From Candidatus Latescibacterota bacterium (GTDB lineage: Bacteria; Latescibacterota; UBA2968; GCA-2709665), in the NCBI GenBank assembly GCA_963667175.2, contig CAXXXF010000004.1:192001-256000 (forward strand): a stretch of 64,000 nt of DNA, in the 5' to 3' direction. The stretch's first letter is position 1, and each line of letters begins with the position of its first letter. Both the position numbers and the translations under genes were made by a program. The notes below the pieces were generated by a model. The model was given only the letters and a program-made list of their open reading frames with translations, did not search any database and had not been told where the DNA came from. Positions 1 to 12,900 of the stretch are shown piece after piece.

Positions 1-133
1 TCGTCCAGTCGGTTTTTTATTGTCACCTGTATACTTTATTACACGAGGGGTACAAAGGAGATAAGTTACCTATACGTCGGCACCCGCATTGGGGGTGCAA
101 GGGAGAGTGGGGTAACGAGGTATTGCAGGCGCC

Positions 134-207
134 ATCGGGTAGAGAGGAACATTTCGGTCCCTTTCCTCCCACACCACCGTACGTTTCGGGTCCGTATGCG
201 GCGGTTC
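134..207 (-). mobile_element. Group II intron (class IIC-like) domain V/VI remnant, no RT ORF
   Basis: The minus strand reads GAACCGCCGCATACGGACCCGAAACGTACGGTGGTGTGGGAGG...CCTCTCTACCCGAT. This matches the IIC-type domain V (CCG...CGTACGGTGG) and a domain VI hairpin ending in AT. Confidence 0.75.
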
Positions 208-292
208 AAGGCAAGCCCATCCGGGCATTGGTGATCCTGAGCGAGGTCGGCGACCGACCGCACCCCCTCTTTGTTTCGGTCTACTACCCTTC

Positions 293-3250
293 TCAGAACC
301 TCATGCTGACCTGGCTGAAGACGAGGCGGCCCACCTCCGGGGCCCCGATGAACGACTGGTAGCGCGTATTCAGGAGATTGCTCGCGTCGAGATGTATAGC
401 GATATCTCTTTCAACCGGCAGTTTGTAATTCAGCTTCATGTCAACCACCGTATTGGCGTCCACGTTGCCCACGTACACTCCAGACTGCATGGGAAAGGAA
501 TCGGTGAAGCGCAGGGCGCCGCCCACCGACAGCCCCAGCCGCGCGAAGTCATACGTCGCACCCAGCTTGAACTTGTGACGGGGCGAGTTCAGTGCGACGT
601 CGCCAACCCCCGGTACCTTTGCGTATTTGAGGTTTTTAAAGAAATTCTCGTTCACGTATGAATAATTGCCGGTCAGCCGCCATTGCGCCGTCGGAAAGTA
701 GGCCAGGCTGAGGTCCAGCCCCCGTATGGTGATATCTTCATAGTTGCGGTAGGTCAACACCATCGCGTAGGGATCTGACGCCTGTTCCGGCGACACCGTG
801 CCGTATGGAATCGCCGCCGCCCCGGCCACGAAGATGGAGGTCAGTTCGTCCACCGGCGAACCGTTCCCGTTGCCCTCCAGGAGTCCCGGTACCTGCACGT
901 TGTCAACCAGCTGGATTCCGGCGGCGAGCACCGCATTGGACGGATCGGACAGCGCCTGTTCGAATCCTCGAGCCAGCGCCTCGGCGAGACTCTCCGGATC
1001 GAGAAAGACGTTTGGGGTTTCCACCGAAACCGAGCCCACGTAATTTTGGATCCTGGACTGATACAGGTCCGCGGCCACGATGAGCTTGTCGGCCAGGACG
1101 CCCTTGTAGCCGAATTCGATCGTCCTGGTAATCGCGGACTGAATCCGCGGAACGTCGTAGGCCGTAACCGGCGTGGCGCCGTCCGACTCAACGAAAAAGA
1201 AGGGCTGCAGATTGTCGTCCGGCTCTTCGCCAAGCGGCGGCGTTGCGATATTCAGCCGGCCCATGACGTTGCGGAGACCGGTCAGTTGCTCGGGAACGAT
1301 ACCGGGAAAGGCCTCAGCCAGTCCGTTCGCGACGGCCCGGGCTTCATCGGCGCCCATGCCCTGTTCGATCAGGATGCCTACGGCCATCTCCTTTACGGTC
1401 GGCAACAACTGCTCCAGCACCACCTCCCTGCCGATACCCCACATCACGTTGGTGAAAACCGGGTCGTCCAGGCGAAGATACTGGTCGGCCGGAAGGCCTG
1501 CCACCGTGGCAAATGGAGAGCGGAACAGGGGCCGGCCTCCTTCCCTCCGGAACGTGAAGCCGTAACCGTCGTCCTGGTAATTTCCCTGGGTCCAGAGGTC
1601 TATGGCGTCGAGCGTCAGGCCGCGCGACGTGAACATCGGCCCGAAGAGTCCGCTGAACCCGAAAGGGTCCCGGGTCGCCAGCAGATCGAGGTAGAGGTTG
1701 TTCGACGTGGGTGTGGTGAACGCCCGATTATAGGTCAGACGCCAGGTCTGGGTGGGCTCCGGCTTGAACACCACCGCGGCGCGGGGCGAAAATTCCGGGT
1801 CCGCGAGGCGGCTGTGATAGTCGTAGCGCAGGGCAAGCACGAGGTCGAGCATCCTGGAAAGGGAGGTTTCACTCTGCAGGTAGACTCCGAACTCGTTCAG
1901 GTCGTCGTCATCCTCGTTTCTGCCCATCACGGTTTCTTCTGTATCCGGCCGCGTCAACAGTGCGTCCAGTCCGTAGGTGAATCGCTGGCGTTTGCCCAGT
2001 TTCGACAGATGTTGCGCCTGGAATACCGTGAGGGAGGACAGGTCGACCACGGGATCGCCGGTGCGCAGCAGGAAGGTGCCGCCCGAATCGGTCCAGTTGC
2101 GGAACGCCTGGACAAACCAGTCGCCGTACAGCACGCGCATCTGGACGTAGTTGTACTGCCAGTCTCTCGTTTGCGAGGCCCCCACGCCAGTCAGCCCCAC
2201 CAGGTCCGCCCGGTTGTGCCCGGCGGAAAAAATGGCGGTGAAGTTGTCCGACTTGCGCCAGTCCAGACGCGCTTCCAGACCCAGGTTGTTGGTATCGGGG
2301 TTGCGCGTCGGAAGCGGCGGAAGGTTCAGGCCCGCGGCGATTTCTTCCTGCCTTCGTTCTCTGGCTCGCACCTCCTCCGGATCGACGTAATCCCACTCGA
2401 TCCCGGAATAGTACCGGGCGGAAACCTTATAGCCTACCCTGTCCCCGACCGTACCCGCGTGACGGATCGCGGTCTGACGCAGGCTGCGCTCTCCCAGGCC
2501 GAAATGCAGGCTCGTACCCTGCGACGTCAAGGGAGAGTGGGTAATGATGTGCATGACCCCATCCGCGCTGTTGGGTCCGTACAGCGCCGATCCCGGGCCG
2601 AGGACCACCTCGATTCGTTCCACGTCGTCGCTGGTAATGGGAATGAAATTGGGAGCGTTGACCCGCACGGACGGCACCCGGGCAACCCGATTGTCCGTCA
2701 TCATAAGCAACGTGCCGGTGAATACGCTGTTGAAGCCGCGCACAACGATGCTGCTGTTGGCCAGCCCGGTCTTCGCGAAATCAACCGACGGCAGGTCCTT
2801 TACGTGGTCGGCGACGTTCATCGAGGGGTTGCTGCGGATATCGGCGGACTCGACCACCGAAACGGAAGCGGGAGCGTCCAGGATCTTTTCACGTCGGCGG
2901 GAAGCGGAAACCACGCTCTGCTCCAGAAGAATGACCTGCTCCCTGAGCATCACGTTGAGAACGGTGGACCGCTCAGACTGTACGGCGACGTTGTCACGAA
3001 CCTCCGACCTGTACCCGATGAACGTGATCTCGATCCGGTAATTCCCCGCAGGTACGGCAATTCGAAACCGCCCGTCATCGCCGGCAGCCGCTACGGTTCG
3101 CTCCGGAAGATTCGAACCCTGAACAGAGATATAGGCGCCGGGCAGGGCCTCGCCGCCTTCCGCTTTGATCGACCCCTCGATATAGCCGTCGGGCTGGGCC
3201 AAAACGGTCCCGCACCCCAGCACCAGCCAACAAAGCAAAAACACGCGCAC
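293..3250 (-). CDS. TonB-dependent outer-membrane receptor with N-terminal carboxypeptidase-regulatory-like domain
   Basis: Signal peptide, VVSASRR TonB-box region, plug motif IEVVLGPGSALYG, beta-barrel pattern, terminal Phe. Confidence 0.92.
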   Translation of the reverse strand: MRVFLLCWLVLGCGTVLAQPDGYIEGSIKAEGGEALPGAYISVQGSNLPERTVAAAGDDGRFRIAVPAGNYRIEITFIGYRSEVRDNVAVQSERSTVLNVMLREQVILLEQSVVSASRRREKILDAPASVSVVESADIRSNPSMNVADHVKDLPSVDFAKTGLANSSIVVRGFNSVFTGTLLMMTDNRVARVPSVRVNAPNFIPITSDDVERIEVVLGPGSALYGPNSADGVMHIITHSPLTSQGTSLHFGLGERSLRQTAIRHAGTVGDRVGYKVSARYYSGIEWDYVDPEEVRARERRQEEIAAGLNLPPLPTRNPDTNNLGLEARLDWRKSDNFTAIFSAGHNRADLVGLTGVGASQTRDWQYNYVQMRVLYGDWFVQAFRNWTDSGGTFLLRTGDPVVDLSSLTVFQAQHLSKLGKRQRFTYGLDALLTRPDTEETVMGRNEDDDDLNEFGVYLQSETSLSRMLDLVLALRYDYHSRLADPEFSPRAAVVFKPEPTQTWRLTYNRAFTTPTSNNLYLDLLATRDPFGFSGLFGPMFTSRGLTLDAIDLWTQGNYQDDGYGFTFRREGGRPLFRSPFATVAGLPADQYLRLDDPVFTNVMWGIGREVVLEQLLPTVKEMAVGILIEQGMGADEARAVANGLAEAFPGIVPEQLTGLRNVMGRLNIATPPLGEEPDDNLQPFFFVESDGATPVTAYDVPRIQSAITRTIEFGYKGVLADKLIVAADLYQSRIQNYVGSVSVETPNVFLDPESLAEALARGFEQALSDPSNAVLAAGIQLVDNVQVPGLLEGNGNGSPVDELTSIFVAGAAAIPYGTVSPEQASDPYAMVLTYRNYEDITIRGLDLSLAYFPTAQWRLTGNYSYVNENFFKNLKYAKVPGVGDVALNSPRHKFKLGATYDFARLGLSVGGALRFTDSFPMQSGVYVGNVDANTVVDMKLNYKLPVERDIAIHLDASNLLNTRYQSFIGAPEVGRLVFSQVSMRF

Positions 3251-3501
3251 CGTCTTTCCCCCTCAAGCGATCAGGGTCCGGCCCTGAAATGGCGGATTGA
3301 AATGCAAACGCATCCTGAACGTTCTGACCGTCCGCAGGCCTGTCCGGGACATTAGCCGTTGCCCCGACGCGCCAATCACCGTAAATTCGGAGCGTAGACG
3401 TCGAATACGAACCTCTACCAGCGGACTACCCGAGGAGCCGAACGACCCGGATGTTTGCCTCAGGCCATTGTCCAATTGTCGATTTTTGTTATATATTTTT
3501 A

Positions 3502-3531
3502 AAGGTATATTGGAAGAACCGGTCTTGTCAA
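3502..3531 (-). promoter_or_regulatory. Putative sigma70 promoter of the TonB-dependent receptor
   Basis: Minus strand TTGACA (3531-3526), 18 nt, TACCTT, within an AT-rich patch. Confidence 0.4.
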
Positions 3532-3549
3532 CTTTTGTATTGCTGCATT

Positions 3550-3900
3550 TGAAGCGCGAACCGGTCTACACCTACCGTTTGCGGATCGGCAAATACACCC
3601 GTGGGGCGGAGACGAGACGCCCCAAGACGCGGGCAAATATGCGTATCGCCGGCTGGAACAACTCGAGAAAACCCGCGCGCCGTCCACTTCGGTGACACTG
3701 TCCGTGGGGGCCACCCGGGTAAAATGCCTGAATGCCGATGACTTTTGTCTGCTTGTAGACCGGGCGCCTTACGACGACGTCATCACGAAATTTGAATACG
3801 ATGCAGGATATCATCATACATTAAAGGTAAGCAAAATTGGCGATGGCCGCCACGTATTGGATGAAACCGTCGCGAAGACCGGGCAATTGAATACCGTCGG
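3550..3900 (+). pseudogene. Relic of a tandem DUF4377-like domain gene
   Basis: Frameshifted translation EPVYTYRLRIGKY/PWGGDETP/DAGKYAYRRLEQLEK, then TLSVGATRVKC...FCLLV...ITKFEYDAGYHHTLKV. This resembles the DUF4377 pattern (C..C.V..IEGFxYExGYxYxLxV). No 5' end. Confidence 0.5.
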
Positions 3901-3990
3901 ATATACGCGCTTGCGTAGCTCCATGACGCCGAGCGGCGTGTCTCTGTCGGGGACGGGACGCTGGAGGTTTCATAACAGGAGAAGGACATA

Positions 3991-6900
3991 ATGGTCGCAT
4001 ATGGGCAAGTTGAATCTTCGGGCAACCTGAACGACGACCGCGCGAAATCCGGTTCCTCGCAGCCGATAGCGATCGTGGGTATGGCGTGTCGATTCCCCGG
4101 GGCGCCGGACGTCGCTTCATTCTGGCAATTGCTCGAAGCCGGCGAAAACGCCGTCAGCGAGGGGGTACCGGGGTCCGGCGACGGGCGCATAGGAGAGCTT
4201 TTCCCCGACGCCGATATTCAGAGCGAGGCCTGCCGGTTCGGCGCTTACCTCGACAGGATCGATCTGTTTGACGCTGCGTTCTTTCGCATTTCGCCGGTTG
4301 AGGCGCAATTGCTCGACCCGCAGCAGCGGTTGATGCTGGAAACGAGTTGGAAGGCGATCGAGGACGCGGGGATGGATCCGGATCGGCTGAAGGGCAGCCG
4401 GACCGGCGTCTACGCGGGAATCAGCAATCACGATTACCGCAGCCTGATCCTGGGTGGGACCGAAATTACCGAGCCGGCGGCAAGCCTCTATGCCGTCAGC
4501 GGCACTTCCTTCAATACAGCCATCGGACGGGTCGCCTTCGCGCTGGGACTCGAGGGGCCGGCGATGGCGCTGGACACCGCCTGCTCGTCATCGCTGGTGG
4601 CGATCCATCAGGCGGTGTCGGGCCTGCAGCGCGGCGAAGCGGACCTCGCGCTCTCCGGAGGGGTTCACCTGATCGTATCGGGGCGGCTGTCGGAACTGCG
4701 CGGGAAGGCGGGAATGTTGGCGCCCGACGGACAGTGCAAGACGTTCGACGCCGCCGCGAACGGGTACGTGCGGGGTGAAGGCTGTGGAATCGTGGTCCTG
4801 AAGCGGCTCCGCGAGGCGGAGGCGGACGGCGACCGGATCTGGGGCGTAATCCGCGGTTCGGCGGTCAACCAGGATGGCGCCAGCCCGGGGTTGACCGTAC
4901 CGAACGGCGCCTCACAGGAGCGCGTCATCGGGGAGGCGTTGTCAGATGCGGGGCTTACGCCATCGGAAGTGGATTATCTGGAGGCGCACGGGACGGGGAC
5001 GACGGTGGGCGACCCCATCGAGTTGGAGGCTGCCGCGGCCGCTTATGGCAACGGTCGCGCGGCGGACCGGCCCCTCTTGATCGGTTCGGTGAAGACGAAC
5101 ATCGGCCATCTTGAGCCTGCGGCCGGCGTTGCGGCGCTGATCAAGGTCGCGCTGGCAATGAAGCACGGCGTGATTCCCAGACACCTGAACTTCCGCGAGC
5201 CGAATCCGGCGTTGGACTGGGACAGGATGCCTCTGCGGGTGACGGCGGAACAGACAGCCTGGCCGCGCCGTCCCGAGCGGCTCCCGACGGCCGGGATCAG
5301 TGGTTTCGGCTGGTCGGGCACGAACGCACACCTGGTGGTGGAAGCGTACCATACCGAGGCGGAAGGGCAGGCTGGCGCTGAACGTCGCCAGTGGCCATCG
5401 GGAACCCGAATGCGGGTCGCCGTTACGCTTCCCGGCCAGACTGCGGGACCGGCGACGGGAACGGAAACTCCGGCTGACCGGGAAGCGCGCTTCCTGCCGC
5501 TTTCCGCGAAGTCCAATGAGGCGCTTCGAGGCCTGGCCGGGCGGTACCTGGACTGGCTGAACGAGCGCGCAGCCGAGCCTGGAGACGCGGACGAGGCACA
5601 GACCATGCTTGCCGACATGGCGTGGACGGCCGGCGTGGGCCGGAGCCACTTCACGCATCGGAAAGGCATCGTCTTCGAAGACGTTCCGTCTCTGCGCGAG
5701 GAGCTCCGTGCGCTCGCCGACTCCGGCGCGGCGAACGACGCGCCGGCGCCCTCCCGGGTTGCCTTCCTGTACACGGGTCAGGGCAGCCATTGGGTGGGTA
5801 TGGGCGAGAAGCTGTACGAGACGGAGCCCGTGTTTCGAGCGGTACTCGACCGCTGCGACGCGGTGATGAGGAAGGAACGGGGCGGCTCGCTGCTGGACGT
5901 GATGTTCGGCCGTTCAGGAGATCTTTCCAACCAGGCGTGGACGCAGGCGGCGATTTTTTCTTTAGAGTGCGCACTGACGGCGCTGTGGTCCAGCCTGGGT
6001 GTTCGCCCTCACGTTGTGCTCGGGCACAGTTTTGGCGAACACGCCGCCGCGCAGGCGGCGGGGGTGTTCGAACTGGAGGAGGGCGTACGTTTTGCCTCGG
6101 CAAGGGGCGAGCTCACGGCTGCGCTGCCGCAAGGCGGGGCCATGGCCGCGGTCTTCGCCGACGTACCGCAGGTCGAGACGGCTATCGATGAACTGAACGC
6201 CGCGTCCGACGGGATGGGACTGTGCATCGCGGCGTACAACGGCGCGCATCAGGTCGTGAGCGGCCTCGAAAACGACGTTACGGAGATCTCGGAGCGCTTC
6301 CTTGCCCGGGATGTCCGGGTCAACCGTCTCGCCACGGGAAACGCCTTCCACAGTCCCATGGTGGATCCGATGTTGGACGGTTTGGAGAACGTGGTCGCGA
6401 ATCTGGATATCGCGTCCCCTTCGCTCACGCTCGTCAGCAACGTGACGGGCAGGGTGCTGGAATCGGATGAACGGATGGACGGCGCATACTGGCGCCGCCA
6501 CTCACGCGAGCCAGTGGCATTCAGTCGGAGCATGGAGACCCTGGCGCGCCTCGGCGTCGATCTGATCATTGAAGTCGGGCCCCATTCGGTGCTGGGATCG
6601 ATGGCGACCATGGCCTGGCCGGACGCGGCGGGGAGCGCCCCGCCGCCGATTGCGCTTTCGAGCCAGTTGCGCCCCTCGAGCAGGGTGTCGCATGCGGAGG
6701 CCGACCGCGCCTTTGCAGCGGCCGCCGCAAGGGCTTACGAATCGGGACTGTCGATTTCCTTTTCCGGCCTGTTCGCCGGCGAGGAGCGGCGCCGGATCTC
6801 GTTACCGGGCTATCCGTTCCAGCGCAAGAGCCACTGGGTGAAAGCAACCAGGCGGCGGCCCGGCGCCGGTCACCCATTGCTTGGCAGCCGGCATGAATCC

Positions 6901-9900
6901 GCCAGCGGGGAGGTCGCGTTCGATACGGAGGTGTTTCCCTCGGACCCGGCCTGGCTGGAGGACCACCGGGTGTTCGACCGGCTCGTGGCGCCGGGCGCGC
7001 TCTACGGGGCCATGGCGGTATCGGCTACCTTCTCGGACGGCGACGGAACGGACGCGCTGGAGGACGTTCAACTCCACAACCCGTTGATCTTCGCGGATGA
7101 GGACGACGGCGACGGGGCCGGTGAACGGGGCAGGAAAATGCAGGTCCTGATCGACGACTCCGGCGATGCGCAACGAATTCGAATACTGAGCAGGGGAGAC
7201 TCCGGAGACGATTGGACGCTTCACGCGGAGGGCCGGCTGTCGCCCGACGCCGGCGGTCCGCGTGCGGAGGCGCCGCCCGATCTGGAGGGACTCAAAACCG
7301 GCCTGTCACCGCAGGACGTGCCCGCCATCTACCGGGCCAAGGCCGGGGTAGGGATCGACCATGGGCCGTCGTTCCGCACACTGGAAGCGGTCTGGTCCGG
7401 GGCGGGCGAGGCGTTTGGCGAGGTGGCGCTGCCGGCTGGAATCGACCCCGGTGGGATCGAAATCCATCCGCTCCTGCTCGACGGTTGTTTCCAGGTTATG
7501 GCAGCGGCGCGCGAACCGGCGGGGACCTGGGAAGGGGTCACCTATCTGCCGTTCGGATGGGAACGGCTCTGGCTCGCGGGGCCGCTCCCGGAGCGGGTTG
7601 TCTGCCACGCGCGCATGTCCGCAGACTCGCGCACCCCGTCGCCGGATACGGAGTCCGAGCCGCCGGAGGTCCTTACCGGAGACCTCCGGATCTACGACCC
7701 GAGCGGTACCCTGCTGTGCGAGTTGGATGGATACACGGTGAAGCGGGCGACCCGTGAGGCGCTGCTCTCGGCCGTGGAAGGACTTGACGAACTCCTGTAC
7801 GAGGTGGTGTGGCGGGACGGTGTCCTCTCGCCTGGAATGCCGTCCGCCGATTTTCTGCCAGGCCCTTCGTCAGTGGCGCCCCGCTCGAAGCCATTCTCAC
7901 GGTACCTGGCCGCGGAAGGCGTCGTCGTCGAAGACGAGGCCGCCCTGCAAGCCGACCTGGAGCGGTTGTCGTGGGCTTACGCGCTTTCGGCCCTGGAAAA
8001 GCTGGGTTGGCAGCGCAGGACGGGCGCCGACGTGGACCCGGACAGCCTGCGGCAGGACCTGGAGGTTCTGCCGGAACACTCCCGGCTGTTCCGCCGGATC
8101 CTCGAAATACTGGCCAGATCGGGCGTGCTGGAGGCGGCGGGCGAGGGCTTCGTGGTGGCGGTCGGGGCGGAAGATGCGTTGCCGGAAGAGTTGCCGCATG
8201 ACTCCGATGAGCACGCGACCGCCATGAACGGACGTTACCCGCACGGCACGAATGAGATCGGGCTCATCAGGCGATGCGCCGGGGCCCTCGCGGAGGTGCT
8301 GCGCGGCCGCGAGGATCCGCTGTCGCTGTTGTTTGGCGACGCGGAACCGCAGGCTGCCGATCTCTACCGCAGGGCGCAGGTGTGGCGAGCGGCGAATCGG
8401 ATGCTGGGAGAGGTGGTGCAGACCCTCGCGGCCGGGCTGCCGGAAGGGCGGCGGCTCCGGGTGCTCGAGGTCGGCGCGGGCATCGGGTCGGCGACCGAGT
8501 GCGTCCTGCCCGGGCTGCCGGCCGGGCGGTTCAATTATACCTACACCGACATCTCCGCGGGCTTCTTCGCCGACGCGGAAGCTCGTTTCGACCAGGCGGA
8601 TGCGCCCATGGAATACCGCGTCCTCGATATTGAGAAGGAGCCGGCGGCTCAGGGCTATGAGGCCCACGCGTATGACCTGGTAATTGCCGCCAACGTGCTG
8701 CACGCGACGCAGTATCTCGACGAGACACTGGGACACTGCCGGGAGCTTCTGGCGCCGTCGGGACAGCTTGTGGCGCTGGAGAACCAGCGCGGCAGAGACT
8801 GGATGGACCTGATATTCGGACAACTGGACGGCTGGTGGCGATTCGCCGATCGGTACCGTTCGGACCACGCCCTGGCGGGGCCGGACGTGTGGCGGCGAGC
8901 GCTCGGCGACGCGGGTTTCGGCGAGGTCGAGATCCTTGGCGTTGACGAGTCCGAGTCGGCCGGGTTGCCCGACCGGGGCGTGATCGTGGCGCAGGGACCG
9001 GCGGAGGTCCTCCTCCCGCCGGCCGCATGGGTTCTCGCAGGGGACCGGGGCGGCGTCGCGACGGAACTGGCGGCCCAGCTCGCAGCGCGGAACCAGACGG
9101 TTGTGCTGGCGGGCGCGGAATCGACGGAAACGGCGGGACCCGGCCACGGAGCGAACGGCGTCGTCAGAAGCGCCGTGGAGATGGAACGGCGTGAGTCGTG
9201 GCGGACCCTTCTGGAGGAACTGCCCGGCGACGCGCCCCTCGGCGGTATCGTGCATCTTACGGCGCTGGACGGTCACGGGGCGGCGGCGTCCACGGAGGAA
9301 ATGGGAGAGGATGCAAGACGAGCGGCGGCCAGCGCGCTGGCGCTGACGCAGGGTGTGATCGATGCCGACCTGACCCCCACGAAAGGAGTGTGGTACGTCA
9401 CCCGGGGCGCGCAGGTCCTGGAGCGGGAGCGCGCGGGGCAGCTTGGCGGAGCGACGTTGTGGGGTTTCGGCAGGGTGGTGGCCAGGGAAGCGGCGCACCT
9501 GAATCCGAAGATGATCGATCTCGATCCCGAGGCGGCGGGATTGCCGGCCGACTTCACGGAAGAACTGCTGTTTCCCGACCCGGATACGCAAATCGCGTAT
9601 CGGACCGGTCGCCGCCAGGTGGCCCGCCTGGTTCGTACCGCGGGGCGCCTCGCACTGCCGGAGGGTTCCGACTGGCTGTTGGCCCCCTCCGTAGGCGGCA
9701 CGCTCCAGGAGCTCCAGGTCCAGCCGTTGCCGGCGCGTTCCCTGGAGCCAGGGGAAGTTCGCGTCGCGGTCGAAGCTCGCGGGCTGAACTTCCTCGACGT
9801 GTTCCGGGGCATGGGCCTGGTCGGTGAAGGCCTGATGGGCGAGGAGATGTGCGGCCGGATCGTAGAGGTCGGTTCCGGAACCTCAACGGTCTCCGCCGGC

Positions 9901-12900
9901 GACCGTGTGGTCGGCCTGGCATTCGGCACATTCGGACCGGAAGTGGTGACGAGGGAGGAACTGGTGGCGCTCACGCCCGCGGGGATTCCGGTCGCAGCCC
10001 TCGCCACAATGCCCACCGTGTTCGTGACCACCGCGTTGTCTTTCGAAATTGCAGACCTGAAGGCGGGCGAGCGGGTACTGATCCACGCCGCCGCGGGTGG
10101 CGTGGGGCTCGCGGCCGTCCAATTGGCGAAGGCCGCCGGCGCGGAGATATTCGCCACCGCGAGCGCGTCCAAGCAGGCGTATCTCCGATCGCTCGGCGTG
10201 ACGCACGTTTTCGACAGCCGCACGACGAACTTCGGCGGGGAGATCCTGGAGGTCACGGACGGCGCGGGTGTGGACGTGGTGCTGAACAGCCTTACCGGTG
10301 AGGGTTTCATCAAGGCGAGTCTGTCCTGCCTCAGGCACGGCGGTCGATTCGTGGAGCTTGCAAGGCGCGATATTCTGAGCGAGGAGGAAATGGCCGCAGC
10401 GCGTCCGGACGTCGCATACGCCATCCTGGAGCTGGACGTCCTCAAGAAGCAGGATCCGGCGCGGCCTGGAGCGGCGCTCCGGAACGTAATGGAGCGGCTG
10501 GGGGCGGGAGAACTGAAGCCCCTGATTCACAGCCGGTGGCCGCTGGCCGAGGCCGGAGCCGCGATGGAGTTCATGCGCGACGCCAGGCACATTGGGAAGA
10601 TCGTACTGACCGGGCCATCGCTCGTTGATGGCCGGCTGCGTCAGGACCGGACCTACCTGGTGACCGGAGGCCTGGGTGGAATCGGGTGCGCCCTGGCCGG
10701 CTGGCTGGCGGAGCGGGGTGCGGGGGCCATCGTATTGAACGGCCGGCGGGCGCCGGACCCGGAAGCCGAGGAAACGATCACAGCGCTCCGGGAACGCGGC
10801 GTTACGGTGCGGGTGGAGTTGGCCGACGTGACGGATGCCCACGCGGTGGACGCAATGTTCGAGCGGATCAAGGGGGAACTGCCGCCGCTTGGAGGCGTAA
10901 TCCACAGCGTGGGTGTGCTGTCGGATGCTTCGCTTGCGAATCAGAGCTGGGAGCGGTTCGAGCACGTTCTCCGCCCGAAGGTCCTTGGCGCCTGGCATCT
11001 GCACCGGTCTACCGCCGACTGCGAACTGGACCTCTTCGTCCTGTTCTCGAGCGTGGCCGGGATTCTGGGCAATCCGGGCCAGGCGAACCACGCGGCGGCC
11101 AACACGTTCCTCGATCAACTCGCCGCCCACCGGCGCGCGCTTGGGCTTCCCGGCCAGGCCATCGCCTGGGGCGCCTGGTCCGGACTCGGCGAGGCCGAGG
11201 AGCAGCGGGAGCGGATTGCCCGCAGGCGCGAGGCGGCCGGAACCGGCTGGTTCAGCCCGGAACAAGGCCTCAGGGTGTTCGACCGGCTGCTGCGCGAAGA
11301 TCCCACGACTTCGGTCGTTCTGGCGGCGGACTGGTCCGTGTTTGGTGAGGCCATCGAGGGCCGCCCGTCCCTGTTCGAAGACCTGCTGCCAGCGGCCGAG
11401 GATGCTTCCGCGGACGCTCCAGACACGTCGGAAGACCTGCTTTCCACGCTGGAAGTCACGCCGGCGGCGGGGCGCGAAGAATTGCTCGTATCCTTCCTGC
11501 AGCAGGAAGTTCAAGCCGTGTTGAGGCTGCCGGCGGCGCCCGCGCCCGCGGTGGGCTTCTTCGATCTGGGGATCGACTCGCTGATGGCGGTGGAACTCCG
11601 GAACCGGCTGAATCGGGCTTTTGCCGGGAATTACGTAGCGCCCAACACCCTGGTATTCGACTACCCGGACATCGCCAGCCTCGCCGGACACCTTGTCGGG
11701 GAACTGGGTGAGATCGAGAGCGCGCCAGCGCCTGTCCCTGAGCCGCAACCTGAGCCTGAGCGCGCGCCGACCTCTCCACGCGAGGGAAACGGCGTCGCAA
11801 TCGTCGGTATGGCGTGCAGATTCCCGGGCGCTTCAAACGTCATGGAATTCTGGAAGCAACTGGAAGCCGGCGCGAACGCGCTGACGGACGGACGATGGAA
11901 TTCCGGAACCACGGGCAGCTGCCCCGAAGAACTCACCGGTGAATTCAGAGCGTATCGCAGCGGCGGATTTGTGGATGGGATCGATCGGTTTGACGCGCGT
12001 TTCTTCCGGATTGCGCCCATCGAGGCGCGCACGATGGACCCTCAGCAGAGAATGCTGCTGGAGACGAGTTGGCAGGCACTCGAGGATGCCGGCATCGATC
12101 CTGGCGGATTGAGGGGAAGCCGTACAGGGGTATATGCCGGCATCGCCGCCAGCGAATACAGGGACCTGATGGCCTCCGGCAACCACGATATCAGTTACCT
12201 GGGTACCTCGGCCAGCATGACCGTCGGACGAGTCGCCTTCGTGCTGGGTCTGGAGGGCCCGGCGATACCCGTGGAGTTGAACTGTGCTTCGTCGCTGGTG
12301 GCCTTGCACCAGGCTGTGACGGGATTGCGGGAGGGCGAAGTCGACCTCGCCCTGGTTGGCGGCGTGAACGCGGTCCTGTCGCCGAGGTTGACCAGAGAGA
12401 TGGCGGAATTGGGGATGTTGTCGCCGGAGGGGCAGTGTAAAGCCTTCGATGGTTCCGCGAACGGCTTCGTTCGGGGCGACGGTTGCGGGATGGTCGTCCT
12501 GAAGCGGCTGGCGGATGCGGAAGCGGACGGCGACCGCATCTGGGGCGTGATCCGAGGCTCGGCTGTCAATCAGAACGGCGCTGCGGCCGGCCCGACCGTT
12601 CCGAACGGTCCCGCGCAGGAACGCCTGATCGAGGCGGCGCTGGCAAGAGCAGGCATCGCCCCGTCTGACGTGGACTACCTGGAGACCCACGGCGCCGGAT
12701 CCGCCATGGGCGATTCCATTGAGTTGCAGGCAGCGGCGGCGGTGTACGGCCGGGAACGCGAAGCGGACCGTCCTCTGCTGATCGGTTCCGTGAAGACCAA
12801 CGTCGGGCACCTGGAGACGGTTGCCGGGATTGCCGGCCTGATCAAGACGGTGCTGGCGATGAAGCATGGGATGATTCCCAGGCATTTGCACTTCCGGGAT

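Noticed and set aside
1046-3355. 769-aa plus-strand ORF
   Set aside because: Antisense shadow of the TonB-dependent receptor in GC-rich DNA; no recognisable motifs.
3251-3500. Possible riboswitch in the long TBDR leader
   Set aside because: No cobalamin, TPP or c-di-GMP consensus elements recognisable by eye; an Rfam scan is needed.
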